The notes: generated by a model from the sequence alone, not told the origin. Positions 14,621 through 26,821 are shown, counted from the first letter of the whole stretch. The stretch is 61,403 nucleotides of DNA, filler included, from Diploschistes diacapsis (GCA_023645945.1; 10 parts of 10 records of this genome joined end to end with filler, not necessarily neighbours in it), one strand, 5' to 3'. Translations and numbers: made by a program.

Positions 14621-16783
14621 CTAAGAATCGCTATCGTGCCCTTCCATGTCGCTCAAATCTAGATCAGCAAGCCGTACGCCACGTTTACGGCGCCTCTTCG
14701 GCGGACCACCACGTCGAGCCTCGATTGTCGTAAGATTATCTTCGTCCATGTTTTCCAGTGTTCCGCAGTCTCCAGCGGTCGTGTACAGGGTCTTCAACAG
14801 CCTCCGGTCTTTGGCGTCAAGGCTTGACGCCACATTGTCCTGCAGAATGTTCAGGATTTCCTCTACCTCGTCCTCGACAATGGAGTCATCAAGCTGTTCT
14901 AGGCCATCGATGATGATGAGCAAGGTCTTTGGTGCAAAGGTGATTAGTGTTTCGAGAAGGCCTAGGGCTGTATTAAACGATTCCATCTCTCCGTCGAGTC
15001 TTGCGAAGCGTATCTTAGTCAGATTGGCCGAGCTTTCAACATCTGCAGGTAGCAAGTAGATGAGCTGACGTATCAAGGAATACAAAAAGTCGATAACGGT
15101 TGCCTCCGCTAGATCGTCGTCATGGGAACATGGTCGAGCGGGTGAGCAGAGATAACAGACTACTGGAACGCGCAGCATCTGAGCCGATGTTACCACTTTG
15201 ACGGCAATTGCGGTCGTAGAGGATGGATAGTGATTTTCAAAGACCCCTACTACCCAGAGACTTTGGGATGTCGTGGATGCTCCCCATTCTTGCAACTGCT
15301 GGACAACGTCCCTGTCCGCGGACTCCGTGTCTGCGAAGACACTCTCGAGGGAATCTTGAACGTCAGACGTGTACTTGTCCAAGTGCCTGGACCATTGTTC
15401 GAGCTTCGCTTTCTCGTACTTCCGTACTGGACGCTGCTTCTTCTTTCCTGAGCCTCGAATTTCGTACTCGATGGACAGAGTCCTCGCTGACATACCGCCG
15501 TCTCCCAGCTTCTTCGATTCGTGCCCACGATGCCGCCAAGCTTCGACATTGGATTCGGCAGTCTTGTACATCGTCTGCCCTACCATAAGCTGCGACAGTG
15601 CCCTGCCTATGTCCTTCTGCCAAGCTTTATTCATTAGCCGTTCTTCCCTCAGAGCTAAACGCTCTCGGTGGCTTCTTTCAGCTTCCTGCTCAAACGCAAG
15701 ACGGAGATCACGGATCTCGTACTGAGATTTCAATGTACTCTTGTGGAGCAGGATTGAGGATAGCCTCTTGATCTTGGCTAATTGGTCCTCAAATGTAGTA
15801 TAGAAATCGTCATTCAGGCTGTTCATGACCTTGCGCCACGAGCTGGATTGGAACCATTGTAGCGCCGAGTGCAGGAAATGGAAAACGTGTAGATAGATAT
15901 CTGAAATTGCTTCTTTCATGTCTTCAACGTACATGAGCTTTACCGTACCGATACATATGTCAAGATCCGCTACAGAGAGTTAGCACAGCGCTGGGCGCGT
16001 GATTGTAGCTAATTCACTTGTGATCTCCAGCAGTGCTTTGCCTAGACCCTCTGCGGTCTTTTGGTGGTTTGACGAAGCCTGAAAGTACCACTCAGTCTTT
16101 GCATGGCCGGGACCGCAGGGCTGGCCCACTGTGGGTGCGTACCTACGTTTATCAAAGTGGTTATCGCACCGCACAGTACCGAGAAATACTCGTTCTGGCT
16201 CGGCAGCATCTCAAGCAGGGACTTGTGACGATTGAGAATCTTGCAGAAGGAGTGGAAAGTACTCTGCACTCGACCATGACCCAAGCGCTCCTTTTCTTTC
16301 CACATCTTCTCCGCATCCTGCACAGCCTCGACGACGTCGCTCGTCGTAGCTTTCTCCTTGTCCTGCACGGCGAGCTGCTTTGCATGCCGCTTCTTGAGAT
16401 GCCACTTCGACCGCTTCTCCGCCGCGGCCTGTTGCTCGTCTTCCATCTGCTGCTTGAAGACCTTCCATTGCTCGTCCACGATTTCGCATTGGAAGTCAAG
16501 GTCGGCAGTCTCTGGGTTCCTGCCCCCGAATTAGACACGGATCTTGCTTCAAGGCCCGATTCTCGCGGCCGCCATCATACACTGTGATTGGAGCCTCGTA
16601 TTGGCTTCGCCAGGGCCGTGCCAGTTCCAGCGCTCTGTCTTTCTCCTCCACGGCAAGCCTGAGGGACTGCGCCAGCGAGTCTTCGGGGTCGTTGTGCACG
16701 ACTTCGTCGGTGAAGCCGCGGATCAGCGTCCGCGTGGTCTCGCCCTTCGCGGCGCCGTACCCCACAACTTCTTGCGTACCCAT
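14621..16783 (-). CDS. Fungal STAND/NACHT-like protein with helical N-terminal domain and degenerate P-loop (4 exons, about 661 aa)
   Basis: Introns 16520-16580, 16079-16146 and 15970-16017 give a 1986-nt frame. It contains LEMLPSQNEYFSVLCGAI, YLHVFHFL, LYSLIRQLI and Walker-B-like LLIIIDGLEQLD. No canonical Walker A. Confidence 0.6.
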
Positions 16784-17559
16784 GGTCCGCCTCCCCTCCA
16801 ACTGTCAGCGCTTGGCAAGATCAAGAATCAAGGCTTCAAAATGCCTTCGAGACAACTACACTTCTTGTCAGGATGCTATCCAACGCAATTGAAGGTCATT
16901 TTGTGGGTGGTCATCAGGCTACGACGAGTTCGAGTGCCTAAGTTACGAAGAATTATATTGACTAGCTACTTAGTATTTACAGCAGTACGCATTGCCTGCA
17001 GTAACCTCCACCTTCCCCCCCACCCCCCCAATTGAACGCTATTCTAGATTGAGTAGAAATTTGCTAGCAGTTGCCGGAATGAAGCGTACTATATCCGCTA
17101 TAAGTAAGAGAAGGGGAGGGTGGGTTTCATCATACTATTGGATATGTAAAGGTACAGCCTCCGGCTGTGTTGAAATGTTAGCTCGCCTCACTTCCTTCTT
17201 GTAGGGACGAAGGCAGAAGACAGGGGATTAATGCACCAAAGAGAGCTCACAGTTGAATGGCGATAGAGGTTTTGGGGAGGCAAGGAGCCTTTAATCTAAT
17301 AGAGTAAGTAGTGCAGCCAGTTTTGGCTCGATTATTCCAAAGGCTACTTAGTGAGCCGCTAGGATTCACGGCGGCGTGAAGGATGTTTGAGCGCATCTGA
17401 GTCAGAACAGGCTTCAACACCTCCGCCCACACCGCGCAGGCAACCATCTATTGAAAGCAAAGTTATAGTGTTTTCTATTCGTACTTTCTATCTCTTCATC
17501 TTACTCTGTCTGTATGTTTGATTGCAAACCAGCCGAAATTTTGCTGCAGCCTGCCCGCC

Positions 17560-18795
17560 ATGACCAAGGGAGATATCGAGACCGACTTTCAGGCGGCCAT
17601 AGACACGGGCAAGATCCACGGTGGCATCATCTGCGCCACCGACGCCGAAGGCCGCTTTATCTATAATAAGACGCTGGGTGAGCGCACCCTGCTATCTGGC
17701 GAGAAGCGACCCCACCAGCTCGACGACGTGCTGTTCCTCGCCTCGGCCACCAAGCTGCTCGCCACAGTCGCCGCGCTGCAATGCGTCGAGGAGGGGCTGC
17801 TATCACTGACCGGCGACTTGTCGTCCGTCGTGCCCGAGCTCGCCGCCAAGCAGATCCTCACCGGCTTTTCAGAGGACGGCGAGACACCGCTGCTCGAACC
17901 GCAAGCGCCCCCCGTCACGCTTGAGATGCTGCTGTCGCACAGCTCCGGCCTTGTCTACCACTTCTTCAACCCGCTCGTCGCTCGCTGGCGCGAGAAGTTT
18001 GCCCCACAGGCCCAAGACTCCAATGAAAACGGTGAGATGACGGTCGAGGAACTTTTCAGCTACCCGCTCGTCTTCCAGCCCGGCGCCGGCTGGATGTATG
18101 GCCCGGGGCTCGACTGGGCTGGCCGCATAGTGGAGCACGTGACAGGAAAGACGCTCTGCGAGCGCATGCACGAACGCATCTTTGGCCCGCTCGGCATCAC
18201 CGACGCCCAGTTCTACCCAGTGACACGCGAGGACCTACGCGCGCGCCTCGTCGACTTGAATCCCAACGACCCCGACGCGCTCGGCTGCGCCGTGCTGGGC
18301 GGTGACGGCAACATGAACAAGCAAACCAAGGGCGACTTTGGCGGCCACGGCCTGTTCATGACGGCCCCGGACTATGTCAAGGTACTGCGATCGTTGCTGG
18401 CCAATGACGGCAAGATCCTCAAACCGGCGACGGTCGACAGCATGTTCGAGCATCATCTCTGTCCAGAAGCCACCGAGAGCTATCGCGCCGCGCTGGCTAG
18501 CCCCATGGGCATCTTCTTCCGCGTCGGCATCGCGCCTGACACGAAGGCTGGCCACGGGCTGGGCGGCCTGCTCACTTTGCAGGATGTTGACGGCTGGTAC
18601 GGCGAGCGCACGCTTACCTGGGGCGGCGGCTTGACCTTCGCCTGGTTCATCGACCGCAAAAACGACCTGTGCGGCGTCGGTGCCGTTCAGGCTTCGCTGC
18701 CGACCGATAACGAGACCATCTCCGCGCTCAAGCAGACCTTCCGCCGCGACGTCTACCACAAGCGCGCGGCTTGGAAGGAGGAGCGGGGGTCGTGA
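17560..18795 (+). CDS. Beta-lactamase-family serine hydrolase (LovD-like transesterase/esterase)
   Basis: SxxK motif ASATK, LLSHSSGL, WMYGPGLDW (catalytic Tyr), GGHGL, LTWGG. Intronless and GC-rich. Confidence 0.88.
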   Translation: MTKGDIETDFQAAIDTGKIHGGIICATDAEGRFIYNKTLGERTLLSGEKRPHQLDDVLFLASATKLLATVAALQCVEEGLLSLTGDLSSVVPELAAKQILTGFSEDGETPLLEPQAPPVTLEMLLSHSSGLVYHFFNPLVARWREKFAPQAQDSNENGEMTVEELFSYPLVFQPGAGWMYGPGLDWAGRIVEHVTGKTLCERMHERIFGPLGITDAQFYPVTREDLRARLVDLNPNDPDALGCAVLGGDGNMNKQTKGDFGGHGLFMTAPDYVKVLRSLLANDGKILKPATVDSMFEHHLCPEATESYRAALASPMGIFFRVGIAPDTKAGHGLGGLLTLQDVDGWYGERTLTWGGGLTFAWFIDRKNDLCGVGAVQASLPTDNETISALKQTFRRDVYHKRAAWKEERGS

Positions 18796-19185
18796 TGAAG
18801 TGGAGGCTGGAGGCAAAACTTTTCTCAATCGCTGCATGTATATAGAGACATACATATATATTTGTAGCTTGCTTGAACGTTCGTGTGTTGCGTTGGGGGA
18901 AACCGAGCTCACACGGTACCGGGCTGCAAGGAATAAGTCGTGTGGTGGACTGTTTATTACGCTTTTTGGGCGGACGTTCGCCGAGTACTCGCCCTAGCAT
19001 CTCGTGCCGACGAGGCGTCCACTATAGCTTCGCCAACATGGCGGCGACCTGTTCGTTGTGCCATGAAGATAGGTGATGGACGGTTGCGGTGTGATATTGC
19101 AAAGCGCCAGTGTAGTACCGATAGGCCACATAGCCAAAAGACCAACAATACTGGTTTGTGCCAGTATTAGATTAAAACTGATATA

Positions 19186-19291
19186 CAGTACTAGGCCAAA
19201 AGTAGTTAGGTACACCATAAGCGGCAGTAAAGAGTTGACTGTTTATTTACTGCCGCTTATGGTGTACCTAACTACTTTTGGCCTAGTACTG
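19186..19291. mobile_element. 106-bp Tc1/mariner-type MITE, copy 1
   Basis: Perfect 46-bp TIRs (CAGTACTAGGCCAAAAGT..., 19186-19231 and 19246-19291), 14-bp spacer, TA on both flanks. A second copy lies at 59876-59981. Confidence 0.88.
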
Positions 19292-19493
19292 TATAGCGAA
19301 GCCACAAGGGTTTGTTAGTTGGTCACGTGTTGCTGGTGGTGCACGGGAGGTAAAATTTCCGAGTTAGTCACGATTATTAAAATGTTATAGCCGCATCTGG
19401 TTGTTACCGGGACGTAGCACATAAGCAAGGTGGGCATCTGCTGGTAAAAGATCTCAAGTCGAAAAGCTAGGAAATAAAAACTATCTGGGTGTC

Positions 19494-19572
19494 GGCAGCA
19501 TGGTCGAATAGGGTGAAGACGACTGCTGGCGGACTTTTTCGAAGGTCCTGGGTTCGACTCCCACTGCTGACA
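19494..19572 (+). other. tRNA-like element (pseudo-tRNA or tRNA-derived SINE head)
   Basis: Acceptor GGCAGCA/TGCTGAC (6/7 pairs), A-box TGGTCGAATAGG with D stem GTC/GAC, T arm TGGG-TTCGACT-CCCA. The anticodon arm does not pair. Confidence 0.5.
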
Positions 19573-20246
19573 CCGAATATTCTTCACTCCAGGCTTAACA
19601 AGCTAACGTAACCATAAACGGCTAGCTACTTCCGATAATTTGGGTTAATGGATCAACAAAGGTGCAGGGGAGTAGGTCCTAGCTAACGCTTGAAAGTTAT
19701 TGCGACACTGTAAAACCCCAGTGATTCATTATCAAAAAATATCTGGGAGTATAAATACTCCAGATCAGCCTTACAGTGTTTAAACTTCTGAACCGCGGAT
19801 CACTCAGGCTGTTACATTAAATAGATTGATCAACGAATATATATTAAATAAATCGAAATCTGTTATGGAGTTTAATATGTTTTTAATAATAATTTATTTT
19901 ATAAAAATGCAAATCCTACTAACCTATGCCAGATAACTTTACTCCTTTTAGACAGAATTAACCCCATTATTTCAACCCGTCCATGCGACAGGTTAACGAG
20001 GCGGCAACCAATCCCTTATGGAACAAGCTGCTCGTAGCCATAACGCCCTACAACGACGTCGTAGAGCTATGCGGTGTGGAAAACTTCACTTGGTTTGGTC
20101 AATTTCAGCCTTGCGGGCGACACTTCCCCGCATAGAGCAGATACCTAACATCCAACCGGCCTCCTATATAGCAATTCGAAGGTATAATTGAATGCATAAG
20201 GTGTGCTCTTGCGTTGATCCTCGTTTGCCGCGGAAAACACTTTACA

Positions 20247-23200
20247 ATGGGTACCGAAGATGCGGTTGAGAATATGTCGATGAACGATGGAGAAAACCTC
20301 GGTTCTCAAACTACCGATATAGGTCACCGAACCGTGTATGAAGGGCTTCTAAATACTTCAGTGGAGGATGCCAACAATTACGTTACCTACAGGACGGATT
20401 ATCTGAATCTCGCTGACGATTCCTTTATTGGGAGCATCATTGGTTCCTCCTCAACGGATATCTATACATCTCCATTAAGCACGGCGCCAGATGTGTTGGA
20501 AATTGTAACAACCGTCATGGTCACGAAGGCGTCCCCAGCGTTCTTCAAGAAATTCAAGGAAGAGAACCGCATTGATACCCGAATACAGCAAGACTTCGTT
20601 GTCCAAGGCTTTGAGTTTGGCTATGTGAAAAAGGTCGAGATGATCGTCCACTCGCAAAAGCTCGTGGATGCTCTAAGAGCGATCATTGAATACTATCCAG
20701 GATCCAGTCTATTCGCTACCGATCAGGTCAAAATCAACGAGCCTTTCGCGGAGATTTTGCATTACCGGGACGAGATTGAGGCTTACAAGAATCACCATCC
20801 TCCTACTCACTCTCCAGATTACATTGAGGCAACGAATCAACACATCGATATTTTGCTGCTCTACATAGATCAGCGGTATGGAAAGGAGCTGGAAGCTGAG
20901 CGACAACGGCACCGTAAGAGTCCACCAACGTGCACGTATCAGATGCTGTGGCTTTTATTCAAGCCTGGAGAGCTGTGTTATTATTATCCGGCTGTAGGCC
21001 AGCTACAGGCCATAATCACCAAAAACCTCAAGACCCCGCTTCAAATTGGAGAATACGTTGCAGGATCAACACATCTCTTTGGATGGTCCGTGTCTTATGG
21101 TGGGAAGACCTTCGGGCGCGAACCATTTGATAAAGCCATATCAAATTTTGTGGGCGAAAAGGAGATCGCGACCCTTGAATGTTATCCCGCGAGGTACTTC
21201 GTTCAGCATGGCTCTATCACGCATGCACAAATGCAGGAGAGACTCATAGCGAGAGGCCGGAAGTACTGGGAAATGGCAAAGCCTACATACAGTGATTATC
21301 GTGGGACAACAGCATACTTTCCATACCGCCAGGTATGATATCTATGGATGGTCTGAAATCGCTAGATCGAGTAGACTGACGCTGGCAGATCAACGGACGT
21401 ATCATGGTAGACTCAATGAGCTGTTTCGAAGCTCATCCGCTCGAGTACTACGGTGATCCAACTCATCTCGACCGGCCCGTGCTTCTGCACGCTGACGCAG
21501 AACAATTGTATAGGATTCCACGATACAAGGGTGCCAAGGACTGGGTCCTTGAAGGAACATCACTGGATGACATGGCTCAGCAGAGGCCTGGCTGCAACTG
21601 TGTGAAATGCGGAAGCAATGTCAGCATGGAGAGGCCCAGAGGGAGATTTTGGGGTTATTACCAGTGCGATCCAAAGCAGTCTTCACCACCAAATGAGGGC
21701 GAATACTTTCTTCTATGCTCTTATCGCACTTTTGCTTTCGATCTTTCGGCCCGGAGATGGGAAGTCGTCAATGTGGAGAATGTGGACATCGATGTGCAGC
21801 CATCGAATGTGTTTAGCGAGCTTGTTCTGCCCAAGGAAGTTCGCGAGACAGTCCGCGCATTGGCCAAAGCTTATGAAAGACAAGGACCAGGAAAAAGACT
21901 TGCCACTGATTTAATTAGGGGAAAAGGGCTAGGTACAATATTCTTACTGCACGGGCCGCCAGGAGTTGGAAAGACAGCAACTGCTGAATCGGTTGCAGAG
22001 ATGACCAATCGTCCACTTCTGAGTTTAACTTGCGGTGATCTAGGGACGGATGGCGCCCAGGTCGAAGAGAAACTGAACAAATACTTGAAGTGGGGTCTCA
22101 GCTGGGGAGCTGTCGTGCTGTTGGACGAGGCAGACGGTAGGATAACAGGACCAGATTTCAGAAATCAGAGTGCTAAAGGTATTCAGTCTTTCTCGAACAG
22201 CGAGATATCGTACGTATTGACTGGATAAGATCATAGGCAGTACCTGGAACTAAAAATCAAATAGGCCGACGTTGGACGTAACTCACTTGTCTCTGTTTTT
22301 CTAAGGGCATTGGAATATTATTCTGGATTCTTGTTCCTTACGACCAATCGCGTTAACACTTTTGATGAAGCTTTCATCTCCAGAATTCACGTTGCATTAC
22401 ATTATAAGCCTCTGGGCCCAGAGGAAAGGCGCAAGATATGGTCCAATAACATCAAGCGTTTAGAAAAGAATGGTGTCAAAGTGATGCGGTCGACCAAGGA
22501 TTACATTGAGGATGAGGTTGTCGAGCTTGACTGGAACGGGCGTGAGATACGAAATGGCACGTCTATATCCATGGGGGTTGGGTGTCAGGCTAACATATCC
22601 TTTAGCCTTTCAAACCGCCACAGCGCTGGCACAGTATGATGCTGACACCAATGAGGAGGCAATCGCGCTGCGTACGTCCCACATTCGACGGGTTGTTGGA
22701 CTGTCAAGCCAGTTTCACAAGTACCTTGCCAGCATTAGCCGAGGCATGACCCCGGCGGAAATAGCGCTCAGGAAGGGGTTGAGAAACGACTTGGTCGATG
22801 CCCCAAGCAAGAAAGATACGAAGGTGCAGCAACCGAGACGCAGATACGGCAGACACTATGAGGATGAGGACGATGAGGAACAGGAAGTTGATGATAGAAA
22901 GACCAGAAAGGTGCAGAATGCCAAATCTTTGCCCAAGAAATTCTACGAGGATGAGGACAACACGAGGGAGGAGGAACAAATTGCTTCTACATCCCAAAGG
23001 AACACGGGAAGCCCTGATACTGACGAACAAGCGCAGTTAGAACGGACTCAGAAGACTAGGCCAATGTCGCAAAGGAAGAATAAATACGAGGATGAAGAAG
23101 AGGAAGAACTCGACACCCGTGGCAACCAAAGACGTGCCGATCGTAGGACCAAGGTAAGCGGCAGCAAGGCCAACAGCTACGAAGATCACGAGAGTGAGGA

Positions 23201-23261
23201 CGATGAAGAGGACGAGCACGAAAGAAAGATACTTAAAGAAGCGAAGCCCAGAAGAGCTTGA
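20247..23261 (+). CDS. Fungal AAA+ ATPase with long N-terminal domain and acidic C-terminal tail (5 exons)
   Basis: Walker A GPPGVGKT, Walker B VLLDEAD, VFLEQR, LEYYSGFLFLTTNR, DEAFISRIH, WNGREIRN. Introns 21333-21388, 22137-22186, 22210-22264 and 22557-22605 (GC-AG) restore the frame. Confidence 0.87.
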
Positions 23262-24434
23262 TTGCTTTGTCACTACTCTAGAGGTAAAGAGGCCAGCATG
23301 TTTGGTTACGATAGCCTTCGCCATAAACAAAAGATTTAGCTCGATACATCGTTGATATTGCTATTTGCGTGTCAACTTTGGGATCGTTCCGCTCCCGTTC
23401 TGCACAATCTTCTGTATAACCATTCCGTCATGTACTTCTTTCTGTACACTCGTCACGTTGTCCGGTCGTTAGGTCGTCGTAGTCGCTGTTCAGATGATAA
23501 GAACCCCCTTGTGCTTCTGGTTCCGGTGATCCATCACCTCTCCTGGACCACACTTCCAGACCTCGGAAAATTTCCACCTACACCATTCGAGATCAGTAAT
23601 CCTTCCGCCAGGTACTTGCAATAAGGCCCACGTCTCTTTCGCTAGCTCTGAAGCAATGGCGGACTGATGGTTCTCTAACTTAACAGCTAACCACTGAATC
23701 ATGGCTGCATGTCCTGGAGCACGAACTGTTTCAATGGATCCTGACCCCTCTCCCTGTCCGTGAGGATAGCACGCACAACGCAGAACCCCTGGTATCTTCT
23801 TTCCAGAACAGATAATCGCGCCACAGGGAAGTTGGACTTCCATGAATAGGAAACACATAACTTGTAATCCGCAACAAATGAGGGTATGCGAGATTTTCAC
23901 TCCAACCTGTGGAACTATCAATACACTGCGCTGATGCAATGTGCCTATTCTTGTTCAGGATAGTCATGGGAAGTGCATTTATATCTAAAATCTAGGCTGA
24001 ACAATAAAGACAATCGAGTTGTCCATGATGATACCGAAGCAGCCCCAAGGACTTACAAAGAAAAAGCTCTGGAGAACAAAGGATGTCCATGCTCCTATTG
24101 TGAGACATCGACAGCCCACCTCCTCCGTCAGCGTAGTGCAAGGGAGGTATCATGCGCTCTTTATTATTTGGTCTATTCCATGAGAGACCAAGCTGGCAGC
24201 CCACCGTACCCGCGTTTGCAGCGGAGGGTAGGTTCCATGCATTCGTAACTGTCGTGCTTACTCTATTCCATCAGAGACCCCCGTCGCTCATGAATGAATC
24301 GCCAGTAACTTGCAGTACAGCGGCCGAGGTGCACTTCAATGCTCAGGTACTCTTCCCACAGAAATGCATCAAGCTCAACTCTAGAGGCTCGGCTTCTTAC
24401 ATTAAACCTAGGTTCGATGCTCGGGTTCCATCAC

Positions 24435-25453
24435 TCAACAAGCATAAATACAAAGCACCACAAGACATGTGACTGTACAGTAGAAGGCAGGAAGGTAGAG
24501 GGACCTTTCTAGCTCTCCATCGGTCCCACCACGATCTCTTGACTTTGCTGGCTTTCTCCTTACCTTATCATTTCCCAACAGACCTGCCCTAGCTTTCTTC
24601 ACTCCGTGGGACCCTCCAGTACCGAGCGTTCCGTAAGAGGCACTCTTCTCGGTTTTGCTCACTTTCTCGCTGCTACCGGACTCAGAAGGACTAGCAGAAT
24701 ACCTTAGCTTTCCCATGACGAATTTCCTCGATCCATACAACCGTGTATACTCGGAGGCTTCAGATAATCGGTGGAGAGATATCGGGGATCTACTCGCTTT
24801 CTTACACTCCCACTGCTGTCCGCTTTCCTCGTCCTCCAAGGTCTCTTTGTCTGTGTCCCAGCCTGGCTCGGGGATAGTCGAGACCGCCGACGAATAGGAA
24901 CATAGCTTTGAGCTCGTCGAACAGTCCGAACCATCAGTATAGAAGCCCAGACCCACTGAATTAGTGTCCCAAGCCCTCACGTGGATCTGACTGTGACCTA
25001 CAGATAACATATCCCATCATCCACGCTGGCAAAGTCCCAGGTGGCGCATAGCTCTCTACTCCCTCGTTCTCCGCAGAATATCTCGTTTCATTCTTGAAAA
25101 ACTCGTCCTGCTCTTCGCGCGACACTTGGTCCGGCCAAGCAAGATCGAGAATGAGGTCCGTATCTGGCTCCCTGGTCCAGCTGCCGACGTTCTCGCTCGA
25201 CCTGGCCACGCGGCTTGGGCACGGAGAATCCGGAAGTCGGGTATCCTGCGCCAGCACATACCGATTCCTCTCCTCGTGTAGATAGTCCCCAGGTTTCGTG
25301 GAAGCGTGTTATGGGTTAAGCAGTCGTTGCCATAGCGGCACGGTGTACTCTCATTGGGCGGGCTAGCCAATGTGAGACGGTCATCTTCGCCCCGATAGTC
25401 ATCTTTGCTATGGGGTTGCGTCGAGCCTGAAGTCTAGAGGAACACGCAAACAT
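24435..25453 (-). CDS. Possible hypothetical protein or decayed gene
   Basis: Successive minus-strand ORFs (24435-25010, 24961-25257, 25056-25370) with hydrophilic protein-like composition. Exon structure unresolved. Confidence 0.2.
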
Positions 25454-26282
25454 GCTGGAATGGGGGCTTTCTGAGTGGGTTTGGTGTTCGTCAGTGGAGT
25501 TTGTGGGAGAGCGCTCTGCGATGATGAAGCTGATAAGGGTGGTATCTTGGCGATTTCTTTTCACGAGGTGGACTTGTCTGGTGACCATGTTCGCGATGGG
25601 GATGTCTATGCTGTGATGATGTTGAAGGAAGCGTGGAAAGGAGCACACAGTCATTTTAAAGGTTCTCTACCTAGAGTTCTTCTTACAAACATTATTTACG
25701 AGATAAATAGTTAGCTTTAGCACATATCAGGGCGATGCGATAGCCCCGAGATATTAGAATCCTTTATTATGAGGACTATTTAAATATGTTATAAAGGCCT
25801 TCCAGCACAGGCCATTGCAACCACTATGACATCCTGGTACAAATGATTAGCTATGGATTAGACGTAACTTTTTGCTTCCTTTGCCTGCGAAACTTCTTGG
25901 CTTTGGCATCTATATCCACCATGCACTTATCCCAAGCCGAGCAACAGAATGCCCATAAGATGGGGACCGTTGGATTCTCTTCTATTGAGGAAAGTCCACA
26001 TGGCCTTAGCACAGGCATCTTCCCTAGTTCAAGGAAACCTAGATTCCAGAAGCCGCTCTTCTTGCGAAAGTTTGAGGCCATATATCATCCATCAGATCAG
26101 AAAATCAAAGAAGCCCACACGCCGACTTGTGCCCAGTACGCCAACGCCATACCATCTCCTTTGCCCAAAAAATAACATTCAGCCTCGTTCTTCCCACCCG
26201 CCTCCTCTCCCGTCAAGTATCGACTCCATCCTCCCCTTTGTTTTTTCACAACAGGCCCAACATGCCCACGAACCCCAGCGCC

Positions 26283-26382
26283 NNNNNNNNNNNNNNNNNN
26301 NNNNNNNNNNNNNNNNNNNNNNNNNNTTAATTAATTAANNNNNNNNNNNNNNNNNNNNNNNNNNNNNNNNNNNNNNNNNNNN
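26283..26382. other. Artificial contig spacer N44-TTAATTAATTAA-N44
   Basis: The linker has stops in all six frames. Identical spacers at 30195-30294, 34106-34205, 38013-38112, 41919-42018, 45821-45920, 49723-49822, 53621-53720 and 57516-57615. Confidence 0.98.
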
Positions 26383-26821
26383 GAGGAGGGGAACGCCGGC
26401 GCTGACGTAGTGGGAAGGAGGAAATGGTTACAAGGGGGTTTATTGAGTGGCGTGCATGCTTGGTTATTAGGGGCACTGGAAGCGCTGCATTGGGGACTTG
26501 GCCATGCAATAGCATCAAAAAATAGACTGGAAACTATTCGGTAGGCATTCGGAAGGAGTAATTCTGATTTTTTCAAGTCTGAAATTATTGCCTGGTTGGT
26601 GTTGCTCGAAAGACGCGGTGCTTTATGACAACCTAGTTGTTCACATTGTAAAGTGAACATCACGGCAGACAGTGACCCTCCGGTAGTCACTTGGATCTTC
26701 AAAGTCAAGTCGAGTTCAGTATCGAACTCTCAGAATTTCTAGGATGATAGCCAGCACCGAATCAATCTGACCTACGTCGCAACTTCGGACTTTGTTCATA
26801 GTACCTTGCTAGCATCGCCTC

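Noticed and set aside
17560..18795. Antibiotic-resistance beta-lactamase or secondary-metabolite cluster
   Set aside because: The motifs fit the fungal LovD/esterase family, and no PKS, NRPS or tailoring genes are on the contig.
19494..19572. Functional tRNA gene
   Set aside because: The anticodon stem cannot form and an internal T run would terminate Pol III. Kept only as tRNA-like.
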